Positions 12,951 to 26,279 of a DNA stretch of 64,000 bases are shown here, piece by piece. Below the pieces are notes generated by a model, which was given only the letters and a program-made list of their open reading frames with translations, was not told the DNA's origin and did not search any database. This DNA comes from Antedon mediterranea (taxonomy: Eukaryota; Animalia; Echinodermata). Every line of letters starts with the position of its first letter. The stretch's first letter is position 1. Position numbers and translations under genes: made by a program. The stretch spans positions 40,288,388 to 40,352,387 of the forward strand of contig NC_092670.1 in NCBI RefSeq assembly GCF_964355755.1. The letters run 5' to 3'.

Positions 12951-15900
12951 TTATGCACGGCTTAATCCATCTGCATTTCCATTTAATGATCCTTTCTTGT
13001 AAATAACTTTAAATTTATATCTTTGTAAAAACAGAGCCCATCTCATAAGTCTAACATTGGCACCCTTCATTGAGTCCATCCATCTCAATGCCTGGTGGTC
13101 AGTATGAACTTGAAATTCACAACCATACAGATAATACTTAAGTTTATTTATAGCCCAAACAATAGAGAGGCACTCTTTTTCTGGCACAGAATATCTCTGC
13201 TCATGTACAGATAACTTTCTACTTAAATACACAATGGGATAATCATTACCCTCACCATCTATTTGGCTCAGCACTGCACCTATGCCATAATTTGAGGCAT
13301 CGGTTTGCAATATAAACATCTTATCAAAATTTGGGGCTTTTAATACATTATCATCAGTAAGTCGTTTCTTTAAAGTTACAAAGGCATTTTCACATTGTTC
13401 ATTCCACTTAACGGTATTACTTTTACTCTTTAAAGTTAAATCAATCAATGGCTTAGCAATATCGGCATAGTTCTGTACAAATTTTCTGTAATAGCCAGTT
13501 AATCCGAGAAATGATCGGACTTGTTTCTTAGACAAAGGTCTGGGGAACTTTTCCACAGCCTCAACCTTATCAATCATGGGTCTAATTTCTCCATTACCAA
13601 TCTTATGCCCCAGAAATTCTACCTGTGCATAGGCAATTTTACATTTCAAAGGCTTTGCTGTCAATCCAGCACTACTTAATCTTTCTAATACATCATTCAA
13701 ATGAAAAATATGATCTTTCCAAGTTTGACTATAAATACATATGTCATCTATATATGCCTTAGCATATCCCTCAGTACCTTGTAATACCTTATCCATTAAT
13801 CTTTGGAAAGTACTAGAGCTATTTTGCATACCAAATGGAAGTACATTGTAACAATACTGTCCAAATTGTGTAATAAATGCTGATTTGTCTTTGGTCTTAG
13901 GATCCAGAGGCACCTGGTAAAATCCTTTAGTTAGATCTAACGTAGTTATGTATATTGCGGATGATACCTCATCCAACATTTCGTCTATGCGAGGCATAAC
14001 ATAAGGGTCAAATTGTGTAGTCTTATTTAGTGATCTAAAATCTGTCACCATTCTAATTTGATTCTGGCCTTTCTTCAGGGCAATAATAGGTGCAGCATAG
14101 GCACTAACTGTAGGTTCTATTATACCCATAGCCAACATACTATCTAATTCCTCTTTCAATTTACCCTTTAATGCTTGGGGCGTTCTATATGCCCTATGCC
14201 TTATAGGCATTTCACCATTAGTCTTAATTTCATGTGTCACTAAGTGAGTTCTACCTGGTACATCTGAGAATACATTCTGTTGGTACTTTAACAATTCTGT
14301 TAATTGTTTAGTTTGTGTATCATTTAAATTACTACTAACGTTAACATCTCTCCATGTTTGTGATTGATGATAAGACAATCCTATGTCTATTTCACTATCT
14401 AACTCATTGTCATGGACTGTTTCATTTAAGTCTACTTCTTCTATAGACTGAACATTTGTTACTACATAATAACCATCTTTACTTATTTCTACTTTATCAT
14501 ACCATCTCTTTAACATATTAACATGTAGAATTTGTTTTTCTTTTCTTCTACCTCCTATGTATATTTCATAATTTACATCATTGACCTTTTTTGTAACAGT
14601 GAAGGGGCCTTGCCATTTACTGTCTAACTTACTATTTCCTACTGGAAGGAATATCAACACTTTGTCCCCTTCTACAAATTCTCTATCAATAGCATTCTTG
14701 TTATAATTGTGGGACATAATTTCTTGTTGTTCAAGTTTGTTTACATTAGCATCTTTCATTAATTGCCCCATTTTTTCTCTTATGTCTAACATGTATTTGA
14801 TAACATCAGTAGATGTTTCTTCATCTTCTACCCAATTACTTTTGAGTAAACTCAAGGGTCCCCTCACCTCTCTACCATAAAGCAATTTAAAAGGTGAATG
14901 GCCCGTCGCTTTACTAGGAACTTCTCTGTATGCAAACAGAAAGGGGGGTATGTAGTTATCCCAATTTTTTCTTTGCTTAACTGTAAGTGTCCTTATCATA
15001 TTTTTCAATGTACCGTGAAATCTTTCAACAAGCCCATTGCTTTGGGGGTGGTACACTGTAGTCTTTAATTGATTAATCCCCAACATACTACATATAGATT
15101 GCATAATTGAAGACATGAAATTAGTTCCTTGATCATGTACAATCTCTTCGGGTAATCCTACTCTAGTAAAGACTTCTATTAGAGCCCTGGGTACTGTTTC
15201 AGCTCTAACATTGGGTAACGGGATAGCATCCGGATATCTCGTAGCATAGTCAATTATAGTAAGCATATATTTGTTATTACGGCTTGTTCTAGATAAGAGT
15301 CCAACAATATCTATCGCTATACGTTTAAATGGTGTACTTATAATCGGTAATGGTATCAAAGTATGTTTCCTTTTACTTTTACCTTTATCTACCTTTTGGC
15401 ATTCCTTACAGACTTTACAATAGACTACCACATCTTTAAATATACCTGGCCAATAGAATTGGTTCAGGACCCTACTTTTAGTTTTCTCAACACCCATGTG
15501 ACCTGCAAATGGCACATTATGACCTAAGTGTAATACACCCTGTCTACACTGAGTGGGTAATACAATCTGTTCCACTTGGTTATTCTTATCTTTACTACTA
15601 CTCCAATTTCTCATCAATATACCTTGTCTCATAAAGAAACATACCCTATGCTGACCTATTTCTTCTATAGGGACTACCCTGTCAAACACTCCTTTGAGTG
15701 AGTCATCCTTAGTTTGCAATTTGATCAGTTCTTGTTTAGTTAGGTTCAGCTTGTGCTGTTGTTCATAAGTTTTATGTTTGACTGTTTTATCTTTAGCTTT
15801 ATCCTCATTTTCGTCAAACAAATTATTCATTTCTGTTCCATTCATATCATCTAAACACTTAGTTTTATTTACTTTGTTGTCATTTACTACTGTTTTCAAC

Positions 15901-18900
15901 AATTGTACATTAGTTTCTTTAGGCGGCTCTTCTATCGGCTTAAAGTTACTATCTTTCCCTAACAATATCATTTCGTCTTGTATTCTAACATCATTTTCTA
16001 TTCTGGCTTGCTCCCTAGTTAGGACGAAAATTTCTTTAGCCATTGTTTCCCCACAATTCTGGTCCAAATCATGACCCAATAACATGTCCCTCTGTAATCC
16101 TTCAATTACGGCTACAATCACTTTACCTGTCACTATCTTACTTTCTATAGCTACCTCAGCTAAGGGGACGGTAATATCGCCTCCTATACCTCTTAACGTA
16201 ACCCATTTTCCTGGCAAGTAACATTTGTTAGGCACTAGACTTTCCTTAACAGCTGACTGGGTACATCCCGAGTCTCTAAGCATAGTTATATCCTGTCCTT
16301 CTAATTTTCCTGTTATTGTACACTTCTCCATTTTATTTTCTACACTATCCATAACTACTTGGGGTCTATCTGATTTTAGTCCTTCACATCTTAAGCCATC
16401 TTTCACATTCGGGCCCTTCTTAGTGTCACTAATCTTTCCTTTTGCTACCATCTTAGGACAATCCCCTATTTTATGTCCCTTCTCCTTACAATTAAAGCAT
16501 AGGCCATTAATCCATTCATTTGAAGGTTCTCTCTGTTGGAAATTTCTACCATAGTTATGGAATTTGCCTCCCCTTCCGCGATACCTATTGTATCCTTGCT
16601 GCCTAGCTCCAGGGTTATTCTGAGTCGTACTATTCTTAGGTTTACTATTTTCTTGGCCCTTATAATACGTATTATTTTCCGAATTTACGGCATTCCAATA
16701 GCCACGGCCACCTCTATTAGCTATATAATCATCGGCTATCATAGCCATATCATAGCTCTTATTTACTTGTTTATCTCTAAGATAAAGCCTCAGATCTTCA
16801 GGCATTTTATCAAGTGCCTGTTCCATTATAATCATTTCAATAATGCCTGCAGCATCATCTTCTTTTACATTAGCACATTTCATCCAACATTTTAAATAAT
16901 GGGAGAGCTCATTCAGCCATTCCCTGATGGACATATCTTTAACTCTGTTTGAATTTCTAAATTTAAATCTGTAGGTCTCAGCGGACACATCATACTTTTC
17001 TAAGATTGCCTTCTTTAAGGTATCATAATCTACACATTCTTTTACGGTTAAGGATGCATATGCTGTCCTATAGACTGTGGGCTCAAACACGGGACCCTCC
17101 CCCCCCCCCTGGGGATTTTTCGGGACCAGTATTTTTTTTAACCCTACCCATATACGAACTAAAATCAGGTTGTCTGCACATTGCGCAGTGGTGCGTATTC
17201 CTGTGAGGGCGCGTTTTCAAAATGGCTGCCCATAGGCTCAGGTGCCTCTATCTTGGCAACCACTCATGGTAGAGACTTATAAATGGTCTCAAATTGTTTA
17301 CAGTTAGCACATTTCTATTTGCTCTAATGAAAAGTTTTGTAAAAATTTGACCGGAAATGACATTTTTGTCACTCTGACCTTTGACCCGGTTTTGTCATAT
17401 CTCTATAACTACTGGTAGTACACATTTGGAATTTGTCGCAAATTGTTTGGAACATGTGGTTTTATACTTGCTCTAATGGAGAGTTTTATGTAAAGGGGAC
17501 TGGGAATGCCATTTCTGACCGTTTTGTCAAAATGGCTGCCAACAATTCTAATAAAAGTGCACTATTGGGTTTTTTTCCATATTTTAAAGACATAACATTG
17601 ACTTTACATGATAGACACTTGTAAATGATCTCAAATTGTTTACAATATGCATATTTCTATTTGCTCTAATGAAACATTTTGTCAAAAAATTACCGGAAGT
17701 GACATTTATGACCTTTATGACCTTTGACCTGGTTTTGTCATATCTCTCTAACTACTGGTAGTATACATTTGGAAATTGTTGCAAATTTTTCAGAACATGT
17801 GGTTTTATAGTTGCTCTAGTAGAATGTTGTATGGAAAAGTAACTGGAAATGCCATTTCTTACTATTTACAATAAAAGTTTCAATAACAAGATTATCTAGT
17901 CTTCTTCCGTGTCAAAAAAAATGTCCATCAAGTTGTTAAATTCAGTTTGCTCATCATCATCCTCCTCCTCATCCTCCTCTTCCTGTTCCTCTACCAATAC
18001 GTCAACCAGCTCATGTGGCATCATATCACCTTCCGTCCACTTCAAGTCCAACTTTTCATTTTGAATACACCATGCCCGTCTGGTTGAGGGATATTTGGTA
18101 CGGCTTGGTGTGCTTGGTACCAAATAAACGCTTGATAATTAGATCTTTTAACATGCATTTTAAGAGCATCTCGGCAAGGTGGAGGGAGGCTCATATCCAT
18201 GCCATCATAGGTCGAAAGTATTGCACCTGGCTTGACACTAAATCTTTCCAGAAATTTATCATGTCGCAAAGTGTTAATGTCAGTTACAGTAGATTTAGTG
18301 TTGTAAAGATGGCACACAAAATGCTCCAAGCTTTCATGAGTTTCATCTGCAATTTCCAATGATCGGCCAAGAGTCAGAAATGCACCAAGAAATTCCTGGT
18401 GCTGTTTGAGGATCTTCAAAGGTAGTAGTTTCCACTTACGAACAAATGCACTGGTTGTGTCACAACAACTGAATGCATGTAATGCGGGAAGGGCATGACA
18501 CACATCATTTCCCACATCACTTATGACTTTATGCACATCTACAAGACGTCTTTTATTGCCAACACCTGTATCAAATAGTATTGTTTGAGTCAGTTCCTGG
18601 GTGTGATGAAGCAGAAGAATGAAGACATCTGTGTCTGGAGATCGAATGATTATGGTAGAATTGGATGATGAATTTCTGGCAATTTGCAGACAGTGGAGAA
18701 TCAACTTCGTATCAGCCTCTTCCTGTGTTGACGATAACTCTGTAAGTTCCTCAGACATAGTTTCTTGGCCATCATTGCTCTTCAGACTTATGCATTTATT
18801 CGTATAGCCAAATACAACTTCTCTTCCATGAAGACTTGGTGCATATTTATTCTTTTTCCATTCACTTAGTAGAAATTCTGTTAGTGTCATCTTATTGTCA

Positions 18901-21364
18901 TCGCTTGACAGAAACGATTTCCAGTCTCGTGGCTCTTTAGTCTTGACTCCTTTAATTATATGGGATTTAGAAGAACCTCTTCTAGCCCTTTCAATTCCTT
19001 TGATTGATAGTGGGAGGTAGGTATCAGTTACAAAGTCCACACGTTTTACCTTAGGCAGCTGTCCAAATATACTCTCTGCCAGGTCTCCAAATGTATCAGG
19101 CAAAGCCATCTGTGCTTGCAGCAGAGCCATTCAGTGAACAATATATGTGGTTTCTCCAGCCGGCCTTTCTATTGTGTTCGATTCGCCTACCAATGCATGC
19201 ATAAGCTTTGCCTTGTCTGTCTTCACTGGAACACCATCAGCCGTTGCAAGTGCCCATGGAACAGGGCCCAATGAGAAACTAAGCACCCTCTCCATACTAA
19301 TGTCATGCTTCATTGCTAAAAGTACAAGCTGACCAAATACATTTCTTTCAGCTTTTACTTCTTTGATCTTCTTTGACTGTCCCGAGATCTTACAGGATTT
19401 GGCAAGTTGTACAAATGTCTTTAGTTTACACTTCTTGATTGGATGATGAAAACTTACTGTGCCTTCAACAAGTCGTTGCGTAACAAATTTGTCGTAAGCC
19501 TGTTTTCCAATATTATCAGCCTGGAGGAGATCACGTTCGATCTCATCTGATACTGGTGCACCTGATGACAGACAGTAGAGGACGTTCTTGTTTTCAACAA
19601 CAAAAGGATTTACAAAATTATGAAATGCTGCTAGAACCCTTGCAAGTATCTTGTTCACTGTTGATGATGTGTGAGGACTTCAAGCCCTTGTGTGAAGTCG
19701 ATTCCATGTTATCCATGTCTGCCATTTCCATTGTGGCTTGCAGGTAACCAGCCCTACTGTGTCTTGTCGTGCACCACCTATGATATGCCGAATAGTTCCT
19801 GCTGAATCCTATGATTCCACCATGGCACTTTGCGTGACGGTTGATAGTTTGTTCAATTGTGATGTCAACAGCATTTCTCGACATCGGAATTTGTGATCGT
19901 TTAACGCTGAAACCATTGTGTCGCAAGAGCTCCTCTGCTCCGGGATGTGTCTCTGATATGTTTAGGAGAGACAGGAAATACACCATTGTATATCTAGCAT
20001 AGTTTTGGTGGTCGTAGCTAAAAAACAGACTACACATTCTTTGTAGGCTAGCTAAATGCAAATCAAAATTGTTTTCTTAGTTGCTCTTTGAAATTGAAGG
20101 ATAAGCCAAACTCGATCCATATAGTTAAGCCAGAACTGTGCAGTTTTACCAAGTTCTCCTAGGCCTAGGCTAGTCCACATTTTGCACCATGTACTGTACT
20201 AGGAGAGCAAATTGCTTGTAATACTTACTATGAATTAACTTTGTTGTTGAAAAAGCACAATTTTCTTCGATAATTTAGCTCAATGTTATATAGACTAGAC
20301 TGGTTTCATACAACTGATCAACTAGACTACTACACTGCTATCTGTGTTCTGATTGGTTTAAAGTTGAATGTCATGCATCAACTAATTTGTTTGATAGAAG
20401 TTTTTGTATTATTTTAATAATAATAATATTATTTTATTAGTTTAATCAAATAATGTCAGTACCAGTTAAATTATTGAATGGTAAAATGACATTCTGACAT
20501 TTTTCTGATTGTTTATATAATCATTTCTAGTAATTACTTCAATTTTGTTAAGTTTTATGATTTTCGACGGCCATTTTGAAATGCGCCCTCTATATTGACT
20601 TTTCGGAATACAAACATATACCATGACCTGACCACACATTATTTCAATACAGAACAATTAAAAAACAAGTTAATTTTAGCATATAAATTACTGTTTTATC
20701 AATATATATAATATTTTATTAAATTTGGCGGCCATTTTGGAAAAAGCGCCCTCATCGGTTTACGCACCACTGCGCAATGTGCAGACAACCTGATTTGAAA
20801 ACCTATATGTGTGAGGTTTCCAAAAATGTATGGGTCATAAAATCCCCAGGGGGGAGGGGGGGTTACGGTAGCCCACAGTCTACTAGCTTTACCAGACAGT
20901 TCAGGTGCTAACCTAGCGGACCACGTATTCTTATCCCAACCTGTGGCTTCTGCCAAGTGTTCAAATGTTCTAAAATATATATCAATATCATCTGATTCCT
21001 TCAAAGTAGGAACCTTTACCTTCATTTCATCTACTATATTCCTAGCATTACTGTAGCTAGACCTATTTTCTAATTCCATCATTTTCACTCTTTCTTGTGA
21101 TTCAATTTTTCTTTGCTCTATATCTGCTTCTAATCTTAATTGGTATTCTAACTTTTTGTTTTCGGCCTCGAACTTCATTCGAAAATATTCGAGCATCATA
21201 TCTTTAGGCATACCGCCGGGTATTTCGGGCAAATCAATATCCCTAGCCATTTTATCATATATTTCATTGACTTGGTCAACCTCTTCTTGGTCAACCATAT
21301 CTTCCCTAGTATCTTTGTCTGACATAGTCTTATCTATATTTTTACCCGATCTTAAAGTTGTCAT
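12951..21364 (-). CDS. gag-pol: Interrupted single-ORF gag-pol: join(21364..20883, 17067..12951), 1532 aa when reconstructed
   Basis: Removing 17071-20882 and one CTA copy gives ...LSGKARTAYASL... in frame. Contains a CCHC knuckle CFNCKEKGHKIGDC, protease LRDSGCTQS, integrase (GH..FAGH...YWP...CKVCKEC; IDIVG, HDQG, NGLVERF), RT (LDLTKGFYQV, YIDD) and RNase H (TDAS...ADGLSR). Confidence 0.92.
17071..20882 (-). mobile_element. Academ-superfamily DNA transposon (XPG-nuclease type), defective
   Basis: Imperfect TIRs of ~160 bp starting TAGACTGTGGGCT at both ends; 3-bp TSD CTA (17068-17070, 20883-20885); ~240-bp subterminal direct repeats near 17280 and 17620. TAG termini, a 3-bp TSD and an XPG-like domain are Academ hallmarks. 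Confidence 0.82.
17896..20160 (-). pseudogene. Academ transposase/XPG-like nuclease pseudogene, 5'-truncated
   Basis: Consecutive fragments FWLNYMD..LHL..YDHQNYARY, DITIEQTINRHAK..GG, DFVTDTY, QEEADTKLILH, SPDTDV, LHAFSCCDTTSAF and an acidic tail. Broken by frameshifts (~20075, ~19630, ~18070) and an in-frame TGA at 19131-19133. Confidence 0.82.
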
Positions 21365-21900
21365 GCTAATAACAATTTTACTAATGAAATATGTAAACTT
21401 ATGTATACAAAATATGTTATAAAAGTATTTGTATTACCTTGATTCCATTCAGATATGTAAAAATATGAAATCCACATAAATTCTTAAATGCAATACAATA
21501 TAAGACATTAATTTACTTCAAAGTCACAAACAACGTTCCAAGTTCGCTCCGTACAAAAATTTACTTTCGAAATAAAAAATAGTTTACAAAGTCAGCTTTG
21601 CAAATCTTCTCCAAATTACTGGGCTTCCTTCTGTTACTTCAGTCTTCTTCTTTCAGACCTCGGTGAATATATACAGTATCTCCGATGAATATCCAGCAGT
21701 CTTGAGTAGGTACCTTGAGCTCAACAGTACTTCTTCTTCGTTGTAATATCCAAACAACGCACGGTATAAAAACTGTCAGGAATCCAGATCTTCGTAACCA
21801 TTTAACTTTTTGGTTACTGATTTAACAGGCCCGTAGAGTAGGCACTGTCACTTCTTCTTCTTCTTCTTCTTGATACTTCAATCATGTAAACAAAAATTTT

Positions 21901-21914
21901 CACCACTGCCACCA
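21901..21914 (-). promoter_or_regulatory. Primer binding site, probably tRNA-Leu
   Basis: Minus strand TGGTGGCAGTGGTG directly after the 5' LTR, complementary to a tRNA 3' end CACCACTGCCA-CCA as recalled for metazoan tRNA-Leu(UAG/AAG). Confidence 0.75.
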
Positions 21915-22397
21915 TGTAGTGAATTTATCTTTAGTTGGTTCCGAGCTTTCTCAGGCGTATATCCACTCGACGTACGCAGCTGTCGTTCCGAGCTTTCTCA
22001 GGCGTATATATTTCCACGCGACGTACACAGCTGTCACTGAATGATAACTCATACAAAAAGTATATTTAACTCAACTAGAACTTTTATTCCTTGTAATTCG
22101 ATTAATACATCTTTCTACCACTACCAGTCAAGCCTTAATATTCTCTTTATCATCTTTCCGTTTATCTACTCTGATCTTATTCTCTCTTCTCGTTTATCTA
22201 CTCTGATCTTATTCTCTCTTCTCCTCTAATATCTATTACATTCTACTTTTATACTGGATATGCAAATTTTAGGCTTCAGAGGAAGATAACATTTTCCCTC
22301 CAAAAATTATACGATTTTGATTGGCTAATAATTAGGCGGACCTGGTCTAAAGCATCCTTCTCTAAACACAGAGAATCACAACATTTATAATATGACA
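21915..22397 (-). repeat. 5' LTR (483 bp)
   Basis: Direct repeat of 12351-12848; adjacent to the PBS. Confidence 0.93.
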
Positions 22398-23789
22398 GAC
22401 ATCAACAATTAATGTTGGATTTACTTTAAAAAACTATTAGAATTAAACAATCTATACACATACTAATAAGTAAGTGCATATATGTTCACTGAATACCAAG
22501 TTATTAGGAAAAAAATGCTATTTCCTACACACATTTTGCATATTTTCCGTATTATTCGTAACTATACACTTGACTATATGGACAACATGGAGACAGAGAC
22601 TTGTAGAAAGAGACTGTACCTGAATATTAGTAGTTAAGTAGTTACATAGCTTATCATTCTGTTCTGTTCACAAAAAAACAATTACTAAAGTGTTTCATCT
22701 CAATCACGAATCAATTAGTAGTTCGGAAAATCCAATCCTGTCTCATGTTTTCACAAAAGGAGTTTCATCTCATTCACGAATGATATTAATCACAATTAGA
22801 TAAACAAATTATCAAAAATATTCAAACAAACTTAAACGATATTCAAATATTGTTCAGTATAATGCAATTTGTAACATTCAGATAACATAAATAAATTTGG
22901 TTAGAAAACATCTGGGTTGTTCTCCAAACAATCTCCATAAAAGAGAGGTGTTCCAATATTGCATTGTCAGATAGATTCATCGTTCAGCTGAAGTTACAGT
23001 TAGATTGAACATACAATTGTAAGTATTACACTTCTATTGGTACATTAATTAAGTCTATTGACAACTTAAAATTTGTTAAATGCGAAAGATACACTGACAT
23101 TTTTTGTGACTTTCTAAAGCTTGTGATTGGTTAAAATCAGTATTCTCTTGAAAAGATAATGAATTGGAAAATAACAATGATATTTCTCTTGTATTTAACA
23201 ATGATGGGTATCATTTTATTTACAGTACTATTCACTTGGGCTTTAAAAAACTCATATTATAAGGCTTATCTCAAACATGAGTTTGAAACAAAACAAATAT
23301 TAATATTCTTATTGTTCACATTGAGATTATCATCCTGATGTTATTACCAAAACAATACAATTTTAAATATTTATATATATGTTTTATGCATTTTATCATA
23401 TTTTAACTTTTAACTTCTAAATTGTATCTACTTTTTAAACTTTAGCTTTTGTGCAATAATGTGTGTTTTCTATTTTTTAATTGTTTGTTTATAATATTTT
23501 ATATATCTGTTTTTAATTGTACTAATAAATATTTGCCAATCTTTAAGAAGAATTTCTATTATTATTTTATATAATACTGAACAAATAAAGCTCTTCAGTA
23601 GTCAGTCTGCAAAAATATGCCTAACTTTCTGAAAAATACAATTTTGTGTTTTATCAAATTATGATAGAAAATAAAGGAAAATTCCCATCAACTATCTTCA
23701 ATTTAAGATATAAGAATTGCTATAACATTTGTTGTTTGCTCCTCTGTTGTCAGTTATATTGTGTGAGGAGATTTCAAGTGTAATATAGA

Positions 23790-26279
23790 ATGGATTGCAG
23801 AATGTTATTAATTGGCTGTATGTTGGTTGTGATGGCTTCTGCCTGCTGCCCAGAAGATGATTGTGGATGCCCTTCTAGAAGTAAGTAGCATGACTCTATA
23901 CAGCTGGTAAGAAACGGGTCAGAAGAGTAGAAATGTATCTTAAAGAGAAATGTGTCATCTATTGGACATCTATGTCAACTATTACTCTGTTTATTGCTAC
24001 TGCTCTTTTGTAGAGATGTCCTATAAACATAATTAAATTAAATCTTACACTTTTTTTAATTGTTTAAAGCACTTTAATGGACCTAGTAAAGAGACTATCT
24101 TGTATAATTTATTTAAATTAAATGATACTACTAAACAATTAGAAAGAAAACAAACAAAATTAAGGAGTACAAAGTTGGCCAAAGCATAAAAGTAACAAAC
24201 TAAAGTATGTTAGCATTTTTAGTTTAAAGAAATGGATAATCTTTTATATTATTTAGAGAAGTGTTTTTTAAGGGACTGTGGTGAAATTTTGGAAAATGAT
24301 CCTTCTGCTCAAAGTGGTGATTACTTGATACAGCCACATGACGAACAACCTGAGTTTATGGTCTACTGTGACATGAGGAAAGATGGCGGATGGACAGTAC
24401 GTAATATTAATGAACAATAAAAAGTTAAAAGCAAAGATTTTTTTAGCCAAAAAATGAAAAACTTTAAATTTGTCACACATTCAGTTTGAAATAGATTATG
24501 TGCTATTTAGATTTTGATGTAGTTTTTATAGTTCAGCTGATGTGTAAAGTTTTTATTTTTTATCCCAGGTGATACAACGAAGAGAGGATGGTTCAGGAAA
24601 TTTCTACCGCGATTGGGCCAACTACAAAAAGGGTTTTGGAAATGTCCACTCAGAGTTCTGGCTTGGTAATGAAAAGACCAACCGTATAACATCTGATGGG
24701 GATTTTGAACTCTTAGTAGAGTTGACAGACCACTTGGATGTAATGAAGTTTGCAAGATATTCTCACTTTCGTGTTGGTAGCGAGATGTCTAATTATCTTA
24801 TGAGAATCAATGGATACACAGGAACTGCAGGTTAGTGTACCCTCAATCAATTCTTACACTAAAAACCCATTTCAAGTAAACAAAGAACAACATTATTGTT
24901 TTTCTTTGTAGACCAGCTACACCTTTGTACCTTGCAATCAAAATAGACTAACACACACTGTGCACATTTTTGTTGTTGCATTTATCACTTTATATAATAA
25001 CTGATTATAATACTGAGTTAAATGATAAGAACATTGACTGGAATTAAATTGTTTAAACAAGCTTACAGCCCAGGAAATTCAACATACCATAAGAATCCAT
25101 GTTGTACCTAATTATGTACTAAGCATGTTATAAATGTTTTTTATCATACTCTTTCATTTATCATACTCTTTCATTTATCATACTCTTTCATTTATCATAC
25201 TCTTTCATTTATCATACTCTTTCATTTATCATACTCTTTCATTTATCATACTCTTTCATTTATCATACTCTTTCATTTATCATACTCTTTCATTTATCAT
25301 ACTCTTTCATTTATCATACTCTTTCATTTATCATACTCTTTCATTTATCATACTCTTTCATTTTCATTGTTGTTTTTGGAAATCAGTACTTTTGTATTGA
25401 AAGTATACTTCAGTTAAAAGAAAGAATAATTAAGATACAGCAGATGGAAAATAACATAAAATTACAAATGAAATATTTAAAAACATTTTTATTCTTTCAT
25501 TTTCATTATTGTTTTAACATTCCCAATGTATTAATGTTTTAGTAATGTCAAGTTTATCATTGTATTTTCATAGTTGTATTTTATGTTGTGTGTAGTATGA
25601 TTAAATGTGGGTCATCCCCATTAAATGTGGGTCATCCCCATTAAATGTGGGTCATCCCCATTAAATGTGGGTCATCCCCATTAAATGTGGGTCATCCCCA
25701 TTAAATGTGGATCATCCCCATTAAAAAGAAAAAAAAGTATAATAAAAAGCAAACATTGAATGACCAACAAAATATTATTATATAGTAAAATAAATAACCA
25801 TATTGCATAATGTATAGAATATAAGAAGACCAATAACAAGAACACTGAAAAAAATTGTTATGATTTAAAACAAAATGAGAATCCCCTAAAACAGGATGTA
25901 AACGTAAAAACATTTTACATCGCATATACAGTATTTATTTTCTCCATTCTATTAAACAAACTGTATGTATGCTGTAAACTTAAAGATGATATAATATTTT
26001 GTTTGTTTAGGTGATTCTTTGGCATACAACAATGGTGGACAATTTACAACGTATGATAAAGACAATGATAAGTGGAGTGGTACTAACTGTGCTGCTAACT
26101 ATAGCAAAGGTGCTTGGTGGTACACTAACTGTGGTTATTCAAACCTGAATGGGCTTTACCTTACACCAGGATCTACTTCTACTAGTACTACTTCTGGTTG
26201 GACTGGCATATTTTGGTATCATTTCAAGAATACAGAGAGTCTCAAGAAGACAGTGATGATGGTTAAAAGAGCACCATAA
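23790..26279 (+). CDS. FReD lectin, copy G3, 253 aa; exons 23790-23880, 24257-24396, 24569-24830, 26011-26279
   Basis: Canonical splice sites and open frame; exon 4 has an in-frame Ser/Thr loop expansion (GSTSTSTTSGWTG). Confidence 0.92.
25141..25361. repeat. 17-bp minisatellite (TTATCATACTCTTTCAT), ~13 copies, G3 intron 3
   Basis: Perfect tandem units; two tandem units in G2, not tandemly expanded in the other genes. Confidence 0.92.
25601..25720. repeat. 20-bp minisatellite (TTAAATGTGGGTCATCCCCA) x6, G3 intron 3
   Basis: Six tandem units. Confidence 0.95.

Larger units (their letters stand above)
12351..22397 (-). mobile_element. Full-length Ty3/Gypsy LTR retrotransposon, Gmr1-like, with nested Academ insertion
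   Basis: Two near-identical TG...CA LTRs; 5-bp TSD GACAT (12346-12350 and 22398-22402); the empty site taaatGACATcaacaatt occurs in the other array units; PBS, PPT and gag-pol present. Confidence 0.95.

Noticed and set aside
15778-16895. Plus-strand ORFs of 98-119 aa, and 21156-21422
   Set aside because: Antisense shadows of the gag-pol frame.
17006-17206. ORFs reading through the Academ ends (including the last ~60 aa of 20699-21364 and the first 7 aa of 12951-17090)
   Set aside because: Chance read-through into TIR sequence; the true gag frame joins across the insertion.
25134-25400. 88-aa repetitive ORF
   Set aside because: Translation of the 17-bp intronic minisatellite.
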